64,000 nt of DNA from an uncultured Methanolobus sp. (GCA_963675495.1 OY776215.1:704001-768000), one strand, 5' to 3'; counted from the stretch's first letter, positions 32,120 to 42,839 are shown. The notes: generated from the letters alone by a model not told the origin. Made by a program: numbers and translations.

Positions 32120-34735
32120 ATGATAAATATGAAGAATCGAACTAAATTGGGTTTATCTGTAATATCAATAATAGTATTGATCATGCTCTCAAGCGCAGCC
32201 ATGGCCGCAAACAACAGCACTGGCAATCGCATATGGGATGCAGATGAAAATGTTTCTCTTGAATATACCTGGACAGCAATGAGCTATTCAGGATTCTATT
32301 TCGATCTTGATTCAGGGGAAGGCTCTGAAACACTTACGATCAGATTGGATAGTGACAGTGACAGAAGTGTAGGTGATGGAGACCTTGAATACATAACAAC
32401 TCCCATAGACACTGATTTTGAGCAGGGTGACTGGGGCTCCTATCAGGTAATCGGATTTATGGCAGAGAGATATTTCGCTGGCTATACTGATGACACCGAA
32501 TTTACTAAAGATAGTGTAAGTCTGATATCTGACGGTAAACTCACAAAGGTCCTGCTTGATAATGATGATGAAATTTCACTTTATTCAGGCTCTTCCCTGA
32601 TACTTGAAGAAGGATACGAATTGAATATAGTAGAAGTTGATATGAATGGGAACAGTGTCCTTGTAACCCTGGAAAAAGATGGGGAGGAACTGGACACGGA
32701 TATTGTGTCTTCAGATGATGATTATGTATATGAGACTGACCTTGGAACTGACGACGATGTACCAATAATAGCAGTCCATTTCAACAATATCTTCCAGGGA
32801 ACCGAAACAAATGCCATATTTGTTGAAGGAACATTCCAGATATCTGAGGACTATGTGGATGTTGAATCCGGTGATGAGTTCGGAAAGATGGAGATACAGG
32901 CTCTTGGCTCAGATATGATCACAATGGAAAATTCAGATTCCATCAGTCTTGGAAGAGGCGATACGATCAGCATTATGGGTAAATTGAAGTTTCTGGTTGC
33001 AGATGACGACACACTGAGGTTCGGACCGATGCTGGACATGTCAGAACCAGGCACATATGAACTCAGAGGTACAGTTGCAGAAAATGAAGAGCTCGAATGG
33101 ACACCACTGAACTTCGAGGGTTTTTATTACAATATTGACGAAGGTGTGGGAACCGAATCCCTTGAGATAAAGGATCTTGGTGGCAGAACCATCGATGATG
33201 GAGACCTTGTTTACAGAAGTGTACCACTGGATGTCAGTTTTGAATATAATGACTGGGGAGAGTTCCAGGTTGTCGGTTTCCTTGCAGAGAAATACTTTGC
33301 CGGATATCCTGACAATGAATTTACAGATGATGTAAGCCTGCTTTCCGATGGTAAACTTTCAAAGGTGCTTATTGACGATGACAGTAAGACGTCCCTTTAC
33401 TCAGGTTCATCACTAATACTGGAAGACGGGTATGAGCTATACATAGTTGAAGTCGATCTTGACGGCAGCAGTGTGATGGTAAATCTTGCACAAAATGGAG
33501 ATGATGTTGACACAGGAATTGTTTCCTCAGATGACGATTACGTCTACGAGAAAGATATTGGCACAACCGATGATGTACCAATTATAGTTGTTCACTTTGA
33601 TGAGATATTCAGAGGAACCGAAACAAATGCTATATTTGTTGAAGGTATTTTCCAGATATCAGAAGACATGGTTGAAATAGCAGACAATGAAAAGTTCGGA
33701 GAGATGGAAGTCACCAGCTTCTCATCAGACCAGATAGTCTTGGAAAATGAAGACTCTATATCACTTACAAGAGGGAATGATATCGATATCATGGGAAATA
33801 TTGCATTTAAGGTTGCAGATTCCGGCGATGTCCGTTACTATCCATTTGTAGAAGTATCCACACTACCCTCCGAGTCACTTTCCATAGAATTGCCTGCTGT
33901 AATAGAACAGGATACAGAAATTGAAATCGAAGTTACTTCAAGGGGTGCATCCGTCAATAACGCCGTTGTAATGTTCGGTAATGAGGAAATCGGACAGACA
34001 TCAACTAGCGGAATGATATCCTACACCCCGGAAAATGCAGGCTTTTTCACTGTTACTGCTGAAAAAGAAGATTATGTTTCTGCAAGCAAAAAAGTTGAAG
34101 TGATCTCACCTGAGGATGCAAGCAGGAAACTGGTCATAGAAGTAACTCCGGAAACAGTCGTTGAGCAAAATACAATAACTATCTCTGTGATCACGGCTAT
34201 CGGCGGAGACCCTGTTGAAGATGTGCAGCTTTATTATGACAATAAGCTCATAGGCAGCACAGATTCTGATGGCATGCTTACATACACTGTAAAGGAAACA
34301 GGGATGCATAAACTGACCTCTGCATCAGATGAGTATCTTGAGGCTGAGCTCAACCTTGAAGTTCTTGAATTGACAGCAAAGTTCTCATACTCCAATTTGC
34401 AGGTCACACCCCTTCTTGTAAAGACCGGAGAAGAGGCCACTGTTACAGTTGATGTTATGAACACAGGCACCGCAGCAGGTGATACTGATGTGAAGCTGCT
34501 CATTAATGGAACCGTTGCAGATTCAAAGAGTGTATCACTGGATGAAGGAGAAGAAACCAGCGTTACTTTTAGTGCTTCACAGGAAGAAGCAGGTACCTAT
34601 GAAATACAGGTTGGCAGCTCTACAACGATCTTAGAAGTTGAAAAGAGCTCCATTCCTGCACCAGGTATCATTGCATCAGTAATGGCAGTGCTGGCTGTTG
34701 CCCTGTTGATACGCAGGAATGAAAGAAAAGACTGA
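32120..34735 (+). CDS. S-layer domain protein (Methanosarcina-type tandem S-layer repeats, Ig/CARDB-like domains, C-terminal membrane anchor)
   Basis: Signal peptide, two ~260-aa repeats (GFY..D.G.G.E.L, GF.AE.YFAGY, YELRG), PAPG + TM + RR tail. Confidence 0.9.
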   Translation: MINMKNRTKLGLSVISIIVLIMLSSAAMAANNSTGNRIWDADENVSLEYTWTAMSYSGFYFDLDSGEGSETLTIRLDSDSDRSVGDGDLEYITTPIDTDFEQGDWGSYQVIGFMAERYFAGYTDDTEFTKDSVSLISDGKLTKVLLDNDDEISLYSGSSLILEEGYELNIVEVDMNGNSVLVTLEKDGEELDTDIVSSDDDYVYETDLGTDDDVPIIAVHFNNIFQGTETNAIFVEGTFQISEDYVDVESGDEFGKMEIQALGSDMITMENSDSISLGRGDTISIMGKLKFLVADDDTLRFGPMLDMSEPGTYELRGTVAENEELEWTPLNFEGFYYNIDEGVGTESLEIKDLGGRTIDDGDLVYRSVPLDVSFEYNDWGEFQVVGFLAEKYFAGYPDNEFTDDVSLLSDGKLSKVLIDDDSKTSLYSGSSLILEDGYELYIVEVDLDGSSVMVNLAQNGDDVDTGIVSSDDDYVYEKDIGTTDDVPIIVVHFDEIFRGTETNAIFVEGIFQISEDMVEIADNEKFGEMEVTSFSSDQIVLENEDSISLTRGNDIDIMGNIAFKVADSGDVRYYPFVEVSTLPSESLSIELPAVIEQDTEIEIEVTSRGASVNNAVVMFGNEEIGQTSTSGMISYTPENAGFFTVTAEKEDYVSASKKVEVISPEDASRKLVIEVTPETVVEQNTITISVITAIGGDPVEDVQLYYDNKLIGSTDSDGMLTYTVKETGMHKLTSASDEYLEAELNLEVLELTAKFSYSNLQVTPLLVKTGEEATVTVDVMNTGTAAGDTDVKLLINGTVADSKSVSLDEGEETSVTFSASQEEAGTYEIQVGSSTTILEVEKSSIPAPGIIASVMAVLAVALLIRRNERKD

Positions 34736-34756
34736 AATAAGCAATTTACTTAAAAA

Positions 34757-34791
34757 GTACCTGCACAAAAAGCAGGTACACATTCTTTTTT
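34757..34791 (+). terminator. Hairpin + T-tract terminator after the S-layer gene
   Basis: GTACCTGC-acaaaaa-GCAGGTAC followed by TTCTTTTTT. Confidence 0.65.
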
Positions 34792-34963
34792 ATCGATTAC
34801 TGATTTAATTTCCTTTTTCAGGAAAGACTATTGTAAAGCTGTCAGAATACTTCGTGCAACCACCCTCATTTTTATTTTGATACAGAGAAACTTAAGTACT
34901 GGATTATTAATATACTATTCAGCCGAAGATATTGTAGTATCTGACACACGAGAGGAAATAAAA

Positions 34964-35587
34964 ATGGAAGTAAGTTCTTATATATTTGACGTACTCTACA
35001 CATTCTCAGCGTCACTATTATACCCGGTAGTTATCACATTGATAATTCTGGCAATTTACTCCCTGATGCTTATTGGAGAGTTTGTCTCTGAATTTGCAAG
35101 GAGACACCGTGATATAGAAAATCTTGAACTTTGTTGTAACAGTACCCGTGAACATCTTAAAAATAATGATATAAAAAAGGCTTCCATTTCACTGCGTCTT
35201 GTCAAACAAAATTTCCTTGTGAAGGCCTTTGCAATTGATTCTGCAAACCATATTGAAAATAATAATCTTTCCTCAATAGAAAGACTTGCACAGGATTATG
35301 AAATAAAAATGGCTAAAAGACTTGAGCAAACAAGAATAGTAGCCACAATTTCTCCAATGGTTGGTCTTATGGGAACCCTGATCCCATTAGGACCTGCTCT
35401 TATTGGTTTGTCGCAGGGAGATATAGAACAGCTTGCAAATAACTTGATGATAGCCTTTGCCACAACGGTAATAGGATTGTTCGCTGGCAGTATCAGTTAC
35501 GTACTCACACAGGTGAGAAAAAGATGGTATTGGCAGGATATGGCTGATATAGATTACATTCTCAACACACTGGAGATCGGAGAATGA
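34964..35587 (+). CDS. MotA/TolQ/ExbB proton channel family protein
   Basis: SPMVGLMGTLIPLG, IAFATTVIGL; GAGG RBS before ATG 34964. Confidence 0.92.
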   Translation: MEVSSYIFDVLYTFSASLLYPVVITLIILAIYSLMLIGEFVSEFARRHRDIENLELCCNSTREHLKNNDIKKASISLRLVKQNFLVKAFAIDSANHIENNNLSSIERLAQDYEIKMAKRLEQTRIVATISPMVGLMGTLIPLGPALIGLSQGDIEQLANNLMIAFATTVIGLFAGSISYVLTQVRKRWYWQDMADIDYILNTLEIGE

Positions 35588-35946
35588 AAAGAAGAAGAAG
35601 AAATCGAAGAGGGATTCTGAACAATGATGAGGAACAAAACCCTCTTACAGGAGTTGCCAACCTGTTTGACATTGCCATGGTATTCTCTGTAGCACTGCTG
35701 GTAGCTCTTGTAATGTCTTACCAGCTTCCTGAACTTCTCAGCCCCACAGATGATATCACCATTGTGAAAAATCCCGGAGAAAAAGACATGAAGATAATCA
35801 TCAAGGAAGAAGGAAAACCCATTGAAGTCCTTAACATGACAGATGAGATTGGTGGCGGAACCGGAGAGGCTTTGGGCACAGCTTACAGACTTGCTGATGG
35901 CAGGATAGTGTATGTGCCAGATGATGGAAATTCAACAGATGCCTGA
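35584..35946 (+). CDS. DUF2149 family protein
   Basis: NPLTGVANLFDIAMVF, GTAYRLADGRIVYVP. Confidence 0.92.
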   Translation: MKRRRRNRRGILNNDEEQNPLTGVANLFDIAMVFSVALLVALVMSYQLPELLSPTDDITIVKNPGEKDMKIIIKEEGKPIEVLNMTDEIGGGTGEALGTAYRLADGRIVYVPDDGNSTDA

Positions 35947-35978
35947 AAACGAAGCAAAAGAAATGAACAGAAATATTA

Positions 35979-37712
35979 TCATTCCTTTTTTAGAATAGAT
36001 ATTCCATGGGCATCAAGCGGAACCTTTACGATCTTTTTTGAACCTGAATGTTCTACAAAGAACTCTTTTTCCATATCAAGAAGATCGACCATTCTGTCAC
36101 CAACGTTGTTGAGGTTTCCATCCACAACAATGTAATCGTCCCGTGGTTCAGAGTCCAGATTTAGAGTTATGAGTATCTCAGTAGTATCAAGTATCCGTGA
36201 ATATGCAAGTGTACATTTGCCACCACATGGAAAAGAAAAAACATTTCCATCAATTGACGTTTCCCTGAAATACTGTCTGCCGTAGCGCAGTGCAGACTCT
36301 GCTTTTCTGATCTTGGCAACTTCCGAGATACCGGCATAGATAGGATGCCATGTATCAAAGAAATGATATCCTGTTGTGCCAAATGCTCCCCATTTACCTC
36401 CAAACATGCACTCCCTTACACAAGCATCGTCATCACCACCACCATTGAAACCCTGTTCAGTTCCATAGTAGATACATGGAATGCCCTGGCTGGTGAGGAG
36501 ATAAGACATTGCAAGAACTGCCTGTTGATGGTAATTATTTGCATGCATAAAGCGTCTGTAAGGTCTTATCATCTGATAATGATTATCTACAAATATCACA
36601 AAATATCTGCCTGCTTCACCGTGGTCCGTATAAAGGTTTTTGAAAGCTTCATACCTGTTTCTAAGAACTGTTGGATCACTAAAGCCTTTAATAACCTCTT
36701 CAAGAACGAAATAAAGAGGAAAATCCAGTGCTGCATCCAGAGAAGGAAAACGCTCGTTGGTTCCGGGTATGCGACTGTTTCTTCCTATGTAGTTCTGTAT
36801 TGTAGAGTCATCCCCAACGATCTCACCGAAGATGAAGAAATTATGTTTGCCAATGGATTTAGCATATTCTTTTATTGAATTGCAGAAAATAGCTGTTGAA
36901 CTGGATTCAAGATGTTTCACCGTATCAATTCTGAATCCGTCAACATCTGTCTTCTTTATCCAGTATTTATAGACTTTTATAAGAGTATCAAGAACCTCAG
37001 GCTTACGCACATCAAGTTCTTTCAGCGTGAAGAAATCACCATTTACAGCCTGATCATGGTTGTTCCAATCCTGTATCTGACCCCTTCTTTTATAGCTTTC
37101 CGGGTCCTGTAATTCCCGCGGCCATACAGCATCATTGTCACCCAGAACAGATTTTGGATCTGCTTTTTGCCTGGAAGTTCTCCAGTACCCGAACTTGAAG
37201 GGACCTGGAGCATCCTGCCAGTAATAATACGGATGATCTTCAGGGTACGCCCAGTTGTCACCTGTGTGGTTGATTATAATATCAAGTATAACATACATGT
37301 CGCGACAATGAGCCTCTTTTACAAGATTCTGAAAATCGGCTGTGGTTCCAAATCTCTCATCAACTCTTAGGAAATCCTGTATGCCATAACCATGGTAACT
37401 ATCATCCATTTCCTGCCGGTTTCGGAATACAGGACTTAGCCATATGGCATTGGCACCCAGACGTTTGATGTAATCCAATCGTCTGGTAATACCTTTTATG
37501 TTACCTCCCTGGAATACCTTACCTTGAGAAGCATCAAGTTCCTGAGGCTTTATAGATGAATCATATACCTCATTGCCATCCTCATTATTATCAAATCGGT
37601 CCACAAGTAAAAAATAAATGAAAACGTCCCTCCAGTCAACAGGTGATGGAAAAACATTATCATCTGGTGTAAACTCTATATCGTCAACTGATCTAATTGC
37701 ATTATTCCCCAT
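35979..37712 (-). CDS. GH13 alpha-amylase family protein (region IV Asp replaced by Tyr)
   Basis: DRF, GGNIKGI, YHGY, DIIINH, GFRIDTVKH, GEI, FVDNHYQ, YYGTEQG. Confidence 0.92.
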   Translation of the reverse strand: MGNNAIRSVDDIEFTPDDNVFPSPVDWRDVFIYFLLVDRFDNNEDGNEVYDSSIKPQELDASQGKVFQGGNIKGITRRLDYIKRLGANAIWLSPVFRNRQEMDDSYHGYGIQDFLRVDERFGTTADFQNLVKEAHCRDMYVILDIIINHTGDNWAYPEDHPYYYWQDAPGPFKFGYWRTSRQKADPKSVLGDNDAVWPRELQDPESYKRRGQIQDWNNHDQAVNGDFFTLKELDVRKPEVLDTLIKVYKYWIKKTDVDGFRIDTVKHLESSSTAIFCNSIKEYAKSIGKHNFFIFGEIVGDDSTIQNYIGRNSRIPGTNERFPSLDAALDFPLYFVLEEVIKGFSDPTVLRNRYEAFKNLYTDHGEAGRYFVIFVDNHYQMIRPYRRFMHANNYHQQAVLAMSYLLTSQGIPCIYYGTEQGFNGGGDDDACVRECMFGGKWGAFGTTGYHFFDTWHPIYAGISEVAKIRKAESALRYGRQYFRETSIDGNVFSFPCGGKCTLAYSRILDTTEILITLNLDSEPRDDYIVVDGNLNNVGDRMVDLLDMEKEFFVEHSGSKKIVKVPLDAHGISILKKE

Positions 37713-37798
37713 ATATATCCCGATGGACTATTCGCTTGTGAGTCATATAAAAGTTTTCACCCCGAATTTAATTTTGAATACTTGGCTATTTCCTTATT

Positions 37799-39214
37799 CT
37801 ATTTACGGCCAAAGTAAAAGACCCCTATACCTGCCCAGAATAACATGATAAACGATGTCAGAATAAGCATCGGCATTGGACCAAAATAGAATATTAAGGG
37901 TACAGAGGCAGCTGTGAATATCCCACCGCCCACGATGGGTTCAAAAAGCAGCTGTTTATAACCAAATCCTTCAAGGGCAGGAGACCTTGAAGCAGGATCG
38001 GCTATTCTCATTAACAACAGACCACTGGCTGTCATTCCCATGGACTGACCGAAATTACCTATGCTCCTTTCGAACCAGTATGAAGGCATCATTTTTGGTC
38101 CAAGATATAAGAACGCTATCAGGTTCCATCCAATTCCAACCGTTGCAAGTATGAGGAAAGGCATCAGATTGTTTCCGATAACTGTCAAGGACAATGTAGC
38201 TATTGCACTGGTTATCAGAATGTCAAGAGATAATCCCTGTATCCTCATCATAAGATCCCTGTCCAGGGTATGGTACGAGTCAAACTTATCAAGGAAGATC
38301 TGCAGTATGATGCCTCCAATCATCGCGAGAGGAAAAAGAGGAACATGAGCAAGCAAATATATTCCCGTTACCTTGCCCCATGTAATGGCCTCTATCCAAA
38401 TCACTGCCTGAAGGATCAAATACCCGATCCCTATGGCAACTCCCACATATGCAAAATGTAATGAAAGCGGCTCGATGGATTCTGGTCTTGTGGTGATCTT
38501 TCCGGCAGATTCTCTTGAATCGAAATCAATTATACCTTTCTGATAGGTTTCATTAAGGGATATCTGGGATTGGTCTTTCAGCACACCTGTTTTTCCGGAC
38601 CTTACACCATAGTTCAAAAGTACGATCCCAAGAATGACACCAAAGAGGATGCCCACTGTTGCAAGACCAAGTGCAAGGTCTGTTGCATCTGAAAATCCAA
38701 GTTCTTCAAAAGTCCCGGTCATCCCGGCTGCAGTACCATGTCCACCTTCAAATGATATTTCTATAAGTGCACCTGCCATCGGGTCCATTCCAAAAAAAGG
38801 ACTCAGTATCAGAATCGTGGCCAATATGCCGAACACATACTGACCCCATGCTATGGTCTGTCCGTGGGCAATTTGGGGTCCTGCCAGGAGCCATATGTCT
38901 TTTATAGATGGTAATTTTTTCCCAAGAAAAAGTGTTGCAAATATGATATTTATGAAAATCCCTGGCAGAGTGGTCCACGCATCAAGCATCTCTTCTGGAA
39001 ATATCCCTCCTGAAAGGAACGTACCGGTATCTCCTATCCATGAGATCAAATAACCCAGGACCTCAGGTCCAAGAAATAAAGCCAAAAATCCCCCGATAAG
39101 AGAACTGGGTATGAAAAGCTTTTGGATGGGAGGTGACATAACCCTTATCCATTTTCCAAGAAGCAGGATGACACCAAGTACGAGAAAGCTCATTCCAATC
39201 ATTGCAGCCGACAT
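37799..39214 (-). CDS. gltS: Sodium/glutamate symporter (ESS family)
   Basis: IPSSLIGG, FEGGHGTAAG, GQSMGMTASG..L.R..DP. Confidence 0.88.
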   Translation of the reverse strand: MSAAMIGMSFLVLGVILLLGKWIRVMSPPIQKLFIPSSLIGGFLALFLGPEVLGYLISWIGDTGTFLSGGIFPEEMLDAWTTLPGIFINIIFATLFLGKKLPSIKDIWLLAGPQIAHGQTIAWGQYVFGILATILILSPFFGMDPMAGALIEISFEGGHGTAAGMTGTFEELGFSDATDLALGLATVGILFGVILGIVLLNYGVRSGKTGVLKDQSQISLNETYQKGIIDFDSRESAGKITTRPESIEPLSLHFAYVGVAIGIGYLILQAVIWIEAITWGKVTGIYLLAHVPLFPLAMIGGIILQIFLDKFDSYHTLDRDLMMRIQGLSLDILITSAIATLSLTVIGNNLMPFLILATVGIGWNLIAFLYLGPKMMPSYWFERSIGNFGQSMGMTASGLLLMRIADPASRSPALEGFGYKQLLFEPIVGGGIFTAASVPLIFYFGPMPMLILTSFIMLFWAGIGVFYFGRK

Positions 39215-39307
39215 TAGATTAACTCCACTTACCTTTTCAAAATCAGAATAAAAGGCAACGACTCATTTTTGTCTGGAACGATATATACACTTTTGCTTTG
39301 ATGTTAA

Positions 39308-39532
39308 TCATTTCTTAGCAGTGCTGAAACCTATAAGAGAATATGGCGTGCAGTGACGAGTAATAGAAGTATACAGCCCTACAAAAGCAATAATAGCAAG
39401 TATCCAGTTCCAGATGCCCGGACCCACAAGATCCATTGCCAGGACAGTTATTGCTATCGAACCGAAAAGTGCTCTGAACATAAGGTCGAAGCCTCCCACG
39501 TTCTCCTGAAGGAATAGTTCTTTTATATCCAT
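39308..39532 (-). CDS. DUF2892 (YgaP-like) small membrane protein
   Basis: NVGGFD..R, two TM, C.PY.L.G.ST. Confidence 0.88.
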   Translation of the reverse strand: MDIKELFLQENVGGFDLMFRALFGSIAITVLAMDLVGPGIWNWILAIIAFVGLYTSITRHCTPYSLIGFSTAKK

Positions 39533-39722
39533 ATTTTCACTCCCGTTATTGATGATCTGGACAGAAACAATTGTAGGTTTGTGTTTAGTAAACACTGAAA
39601 AATATGAAAGAACTTACAGATAAAGGAATCTGATGAATGATATGGTTCCTTTATTTCCAAAACCTTTATCCTTATAAACTAGTACAATCTAATTATTAGT
39701 ATTAATTATAGGGTGGGAGTTT

Positions 39723-40220
39723 ATGAAAACATTAGTAACATATATGACAAAGACAGGAAACACAAAAAGAATCGCAGAAGCTATTTATGGGGAAATTGCT
39801 GGTGAAAAGGATATTAAAGACATCAAAGACGTAAGCAACCTTGAGGGCTATGACCTGGTATTTGTGGGATTCCCAGTAATGCAGTTCAATGTTCCTGAGA
39901 ATGTTACAAAATTCGTCTCAGAGAACGTGGCTGGTAAGAACATAGCATTCTTCATGACCCATGCTGTTCCTGAAGGAACTCCTGCCATTCATTCATGGAC
40001 TTGTTCCTGCACTGATCTTGCAGCCAGTGGTAATTATCTTGGTATATTTGAATGCCAGGGTGAACTTGCACAACCAATTATTGATATGCTGTCAAAGTCT
40101 GATGACCCTCAGATGAAAGCATTTGCTGAAATGGGGCCTTCTACAAAAGGTCAGCCTGATGAATCCCGTGTTCAGAAAGCAAGGGAATTCGCAAAGGAAA
40201 TTCAGGCAAAAATCCAGTGA
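39723..40220 (+). CDS. Flavodoxin domain protein
   Basis: YMTKTGNTKRIAEAI FMN loop, YDLVFVG, FECQGE. Confidence 0.92.
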   Translation: MKTLVTYMTKTGNTKRIAEAIYGEIAGEKDIKDIKDVSNLEGYDLVFVGFPVMQFNVPENVTKFVSENVAGKNIAFFMTHAVPEGTPAIHSWTCSCTDLAASGNYLGIFECQGELAQPIIDMLSKSDDPQMKAFAEMGPSTKGQPDESRVQKAREFAKEIQAKIQ

Positions 40221-40275
40221 CCGGATATCTCTGAAAGTGTTTACAAGCTGACTTTTAAAATGGAGAGTGGTAATT

Positions 40276-40932
40276 ATGAAAATATTAGGAGTATCAGGTT
40301 CACCTATCAAAAACAGCAATACTGATCGTGCCCTAATGGTAGCGCTTGAAGCAACAGGTATGGATTATGAATATATTAAACTGATCGATTATACCGTTGC
40401 TCCCTGCAAGGCCTGTCTGGGATGCGTAAAGACAAATGTCTGTGTGATAAAAGATGATGGTATTGCTTTGGCAGAAAAAGCCAAGGAAGCAGATGCTCTT
40501 ATTATTGCAGGTTTTACACCATATTCCACCCTTGATTCACGTACAAAGGCATTCATTGAAAGGCTCTACCCACTCCGCCACATACACGGATTCATGAAGG
40601 GAAAGCCAGGCGGGGCCATAGTCACATGTGCAGTCCCGAAGGACTCTTTTATGTTGCCACCTGCATGTGATAACGGCCTCAATGCTATCTCATATTACAT
40701 GATGGAAGAAGGGATGGAGTCAATAGGTTCTGTTAGGGTCCTTGGAAATAACCCCTGCGTGAGATGCAAATTTGGAGACGAATGTGACATGAGCGGCATC
40801 AAGATGATGTTCGGTCCGGATGCGACTAAAGCGTCCGCAGGAATAAATAGCTTTGAAGAACAGCCTGAAGCTGTCGCTGCCGCAAAAGAACTGGGCCAAA
40901 AGATTGCAGAATACCTGAAGTCAAAAGAATAA
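40276..40932 (+). CDS. Iron-sulfur flavoprotein (Isf)-like flavodoxin family
   Basis: GSPIKNSNT, CKACLGC...CVIKDD (Cx2Cx2Cx5C), extra CVRC..C. Confidence 0.9.
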   Translation: MKILGVSGSPIKNSNTDRALMVALEATGMDYEYIKLIDYTVAPCKACLGCVKTNVCVIKDDGIALAEKAKEADALIIAGFTPYSTLDSRTKAFIERLYPLRHIHGFMKGKPGGAIVTCAVPKDSFMLPPACDNGLNAISYYMMEEGMESIGSVRVLGNNPCVRCKFGDECDMSGIKMMFGPDATKASAGINSFEEQPEAVAAAKELGQKIAEYLKSKE

Positions 40933-41012
40933 ATTTGAAATTGACTTCAACATATATTTTTTATAGAAAGTAAGTGACAAAAGAAATAGTATTTGAATGT
41001 TCATGAGGGATT

Positions 41013-41357
41013 ATGAATATGGGTTTAGATGAACACGCCATAAAAAAACAGAAACTCATCAAACAGATGGAAGAAGCGGGTAAAAAAAGAAACCCTTCGG
41101 AAGATCATGCAGTTGCTTTAAAAACACTTCAAAACCCAACACGCAGGAAAATACTCGAATTTATGAAGGATGGCCCAAAAAGTCTTGACCAAATAAAAGA
41201 AGCATATAATCTAAACAACATGCAGGCAAGACTTAATCTCGATATGCTGGAAGATTCATTCTATATTGTCAAGACCGATTCACCTTACAAGATCATCTAT
41301 GAACTAACGATCAGAGGGGATGCATTCTTAGAGAATGTTAAAACAGGTGGGAAATGA
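41013..41357 (+). CDS. ArsR-like winged-helix protein
   Basis: LKTLQNPTRRKILEFM, YELTIRG. Confidence 0.85.
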   Translation: MNMGLDEHAIKKQKLIKQMEEAGKKRNPSEDHAVALKTLQNPTRRKILEFMKDGPKSLDQIKEAYNLNNMQARLNLDMLEDSFYIVKTDSPYKIIYELTIRGDAFLENVKTGGK

Positions 41358-41520
41358 ATTGGCAAAAAAATGCAGACCTGAATACTGGATGTTCGGTCAT
41401 CATATGGGCGAAATAAATTACTGCAGATCAATTTCCCAACCATAACTGCCCATTTTTCAAACATTCTTTTTTTTATCGTTATACATTATAATAGTATACA
41501 ACACTTACTTTTAAATTAGC

Positions 41521-42273
41521 TCAATTCTCATCAGGAATAAGGACCGAATACATCTCACTGACACTTTCCATTACTTTGAAGCCTTTACTTGTGATCATAT
41601 AGTCACCCCTCTCATGTTGCTGGATTATCATTCCGGTATCTGAGAGTTTCTGCAGGTGGAACAAAAGGTTTCCTCCACGAAGACCTGTAAGCTTGGAAAG
41701 GAAAGAAAAGCTCATTGACTGAGCAGAGACTGCCTTTAATATTTCAAAGCGCTTGGGATGACAGAGAGGGTCAAGCACATCATGGATCACTGATTGTGAT
41801 GGGATATGGGATATGTCCTGTTTGCTGTCCTTCTTTGTTTCATATATCCTCAAAGACTGCATTAGATTGACCTGTTTTTCGAAAAGGTCTGTAACTTCAG
41901 AGAAGCAGATGTCACATTTATCATAGGGCATGCCTTTCCTTAAAGTTTTGATCTCAGTACGTTTGTTATCAAGGAGTTCACTATCTACTGAAGGCTGCTT
42001 GATAAGTGATGCGTTCTTCTTTAGCATATCTGTGAAAACAGGCCTACACTTATCAAGGCGGTCACATTTTTTGACCATGTTCTTTGAAAGCCCTATCTCT
42101 GTATCGGCAATAAGGTGCTTTTCCAGAACATTTGAATAGTCACTTCTGACAAAAGCCAGAATTGATTCAAGGTGCTGCCTATTGGAATCTTCAATAAATG
42201 TCCTGATATCCCTGTGAATTTCATCGAGCTTTAATTTGACATCGTCAATCTCAGAATCAGATTTTTCATTCAT
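41521..42273 (-). CDS. ArsR-family regulator with Cys-containing N-terminal domain
   Basis: C-terminal HPKRFEIL...GGNLLFHLQKL...YMITSKG; CDRLDKC and CDIC in the N-terminal part. Confidence 0.85.
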   Translation of the reverse strand: MNEKSDSEIDDVKLKLDEIHRDIRTFIEDSNRQHLESILAFVRSDYSNVLEKHLIADTEIGLSKNMVKKCDRLDKCRPVFTDMLKKNASLIKQPSVDSELLDNKRTEIKTLRKGMPYDKCDICFSEVTDLFEKQVNLMQSLRIYETKKDSKQDISHIPSQSVIHDVLDPLCHPKRFEILKAVSAQSMSFSFLSKLTGLRGGNLLFHLQKLSDTGMIIQQHERGDYMITSKGFKVMESVSEMYSVLIPDEN

Positions 42274-42464
42274 ACCATGGAATTTATGTGCATACTTTAT
42301 AAAGGTACCTACTGAGACTTTAAGGGTCATTAGAGTTACCCGTGTGTAGTAAGTATAGTGCAGTGCCGATTAAGTATATATGAATAACCGTCTATTTACT
42401 ATTGTGGTTCAATGTCTTCGATGGACATTCAACCACAAAAAACGGCATAAAGGAGTTAAAAAAT

Positions 42465-42704
42465 ATGAGCGTAAAGGAAGATATTCATTCACAGATCGTT
42501 GGCGGACTTGCAGATGCAACATTCCCTATTAACACACCTGAAGATTTACTTGCAGCATTCCCTGCAGGTGCAGACACAAAATGTAAATCAGGAGATGTTG
42601 AAGTAACTGCAGGTGAGGCAGGTACACTTCTTACGGCAGAGGACTTCCCAATCGAAAGTGCAAAGCAGATTGCGGACATCCTCGTTGAAAGGGCAGGGCT
42701 ATAA
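42465..42704 (+). CDS. MTH865 family protein
   Basis: ATFPINTPEDLLAAFPAG, DFP; AGGAG RBS. Confidence 0.9.
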   Translation: MSVKEDIHSQIVGGLADATFPINTPEDLLAAFPAGADTKCKSGDVEVTAGEAGTLLTAEDFPIESAKQIADILVERAGL

Positions 42705-42749
42705 CTTCCCTTTCTTTTTCTAAAAACAATCTAATTTTGAAATAGATAG

Positions 42750-42839
42750 AAAGTAATTGCCTTTGAAGACCAGCCTGCAGTTGCCAAGGGCGCAAAAGAA
42801 ATAGTCAGGAAGAGTGCACAGAAACTCGGAAAAGGGTGA
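42750..42839 (+). pseudogene. C-terminal remnant of an Isf-like flavoprotein paralog
   Basis: Translates KVIAFEDQPAVAKGAKEIVRKSAQKLGKG*, versus SFEEQPEAVAAAKELGQKIAEYL at the end of 40276-40932. Confidence 0.65.
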
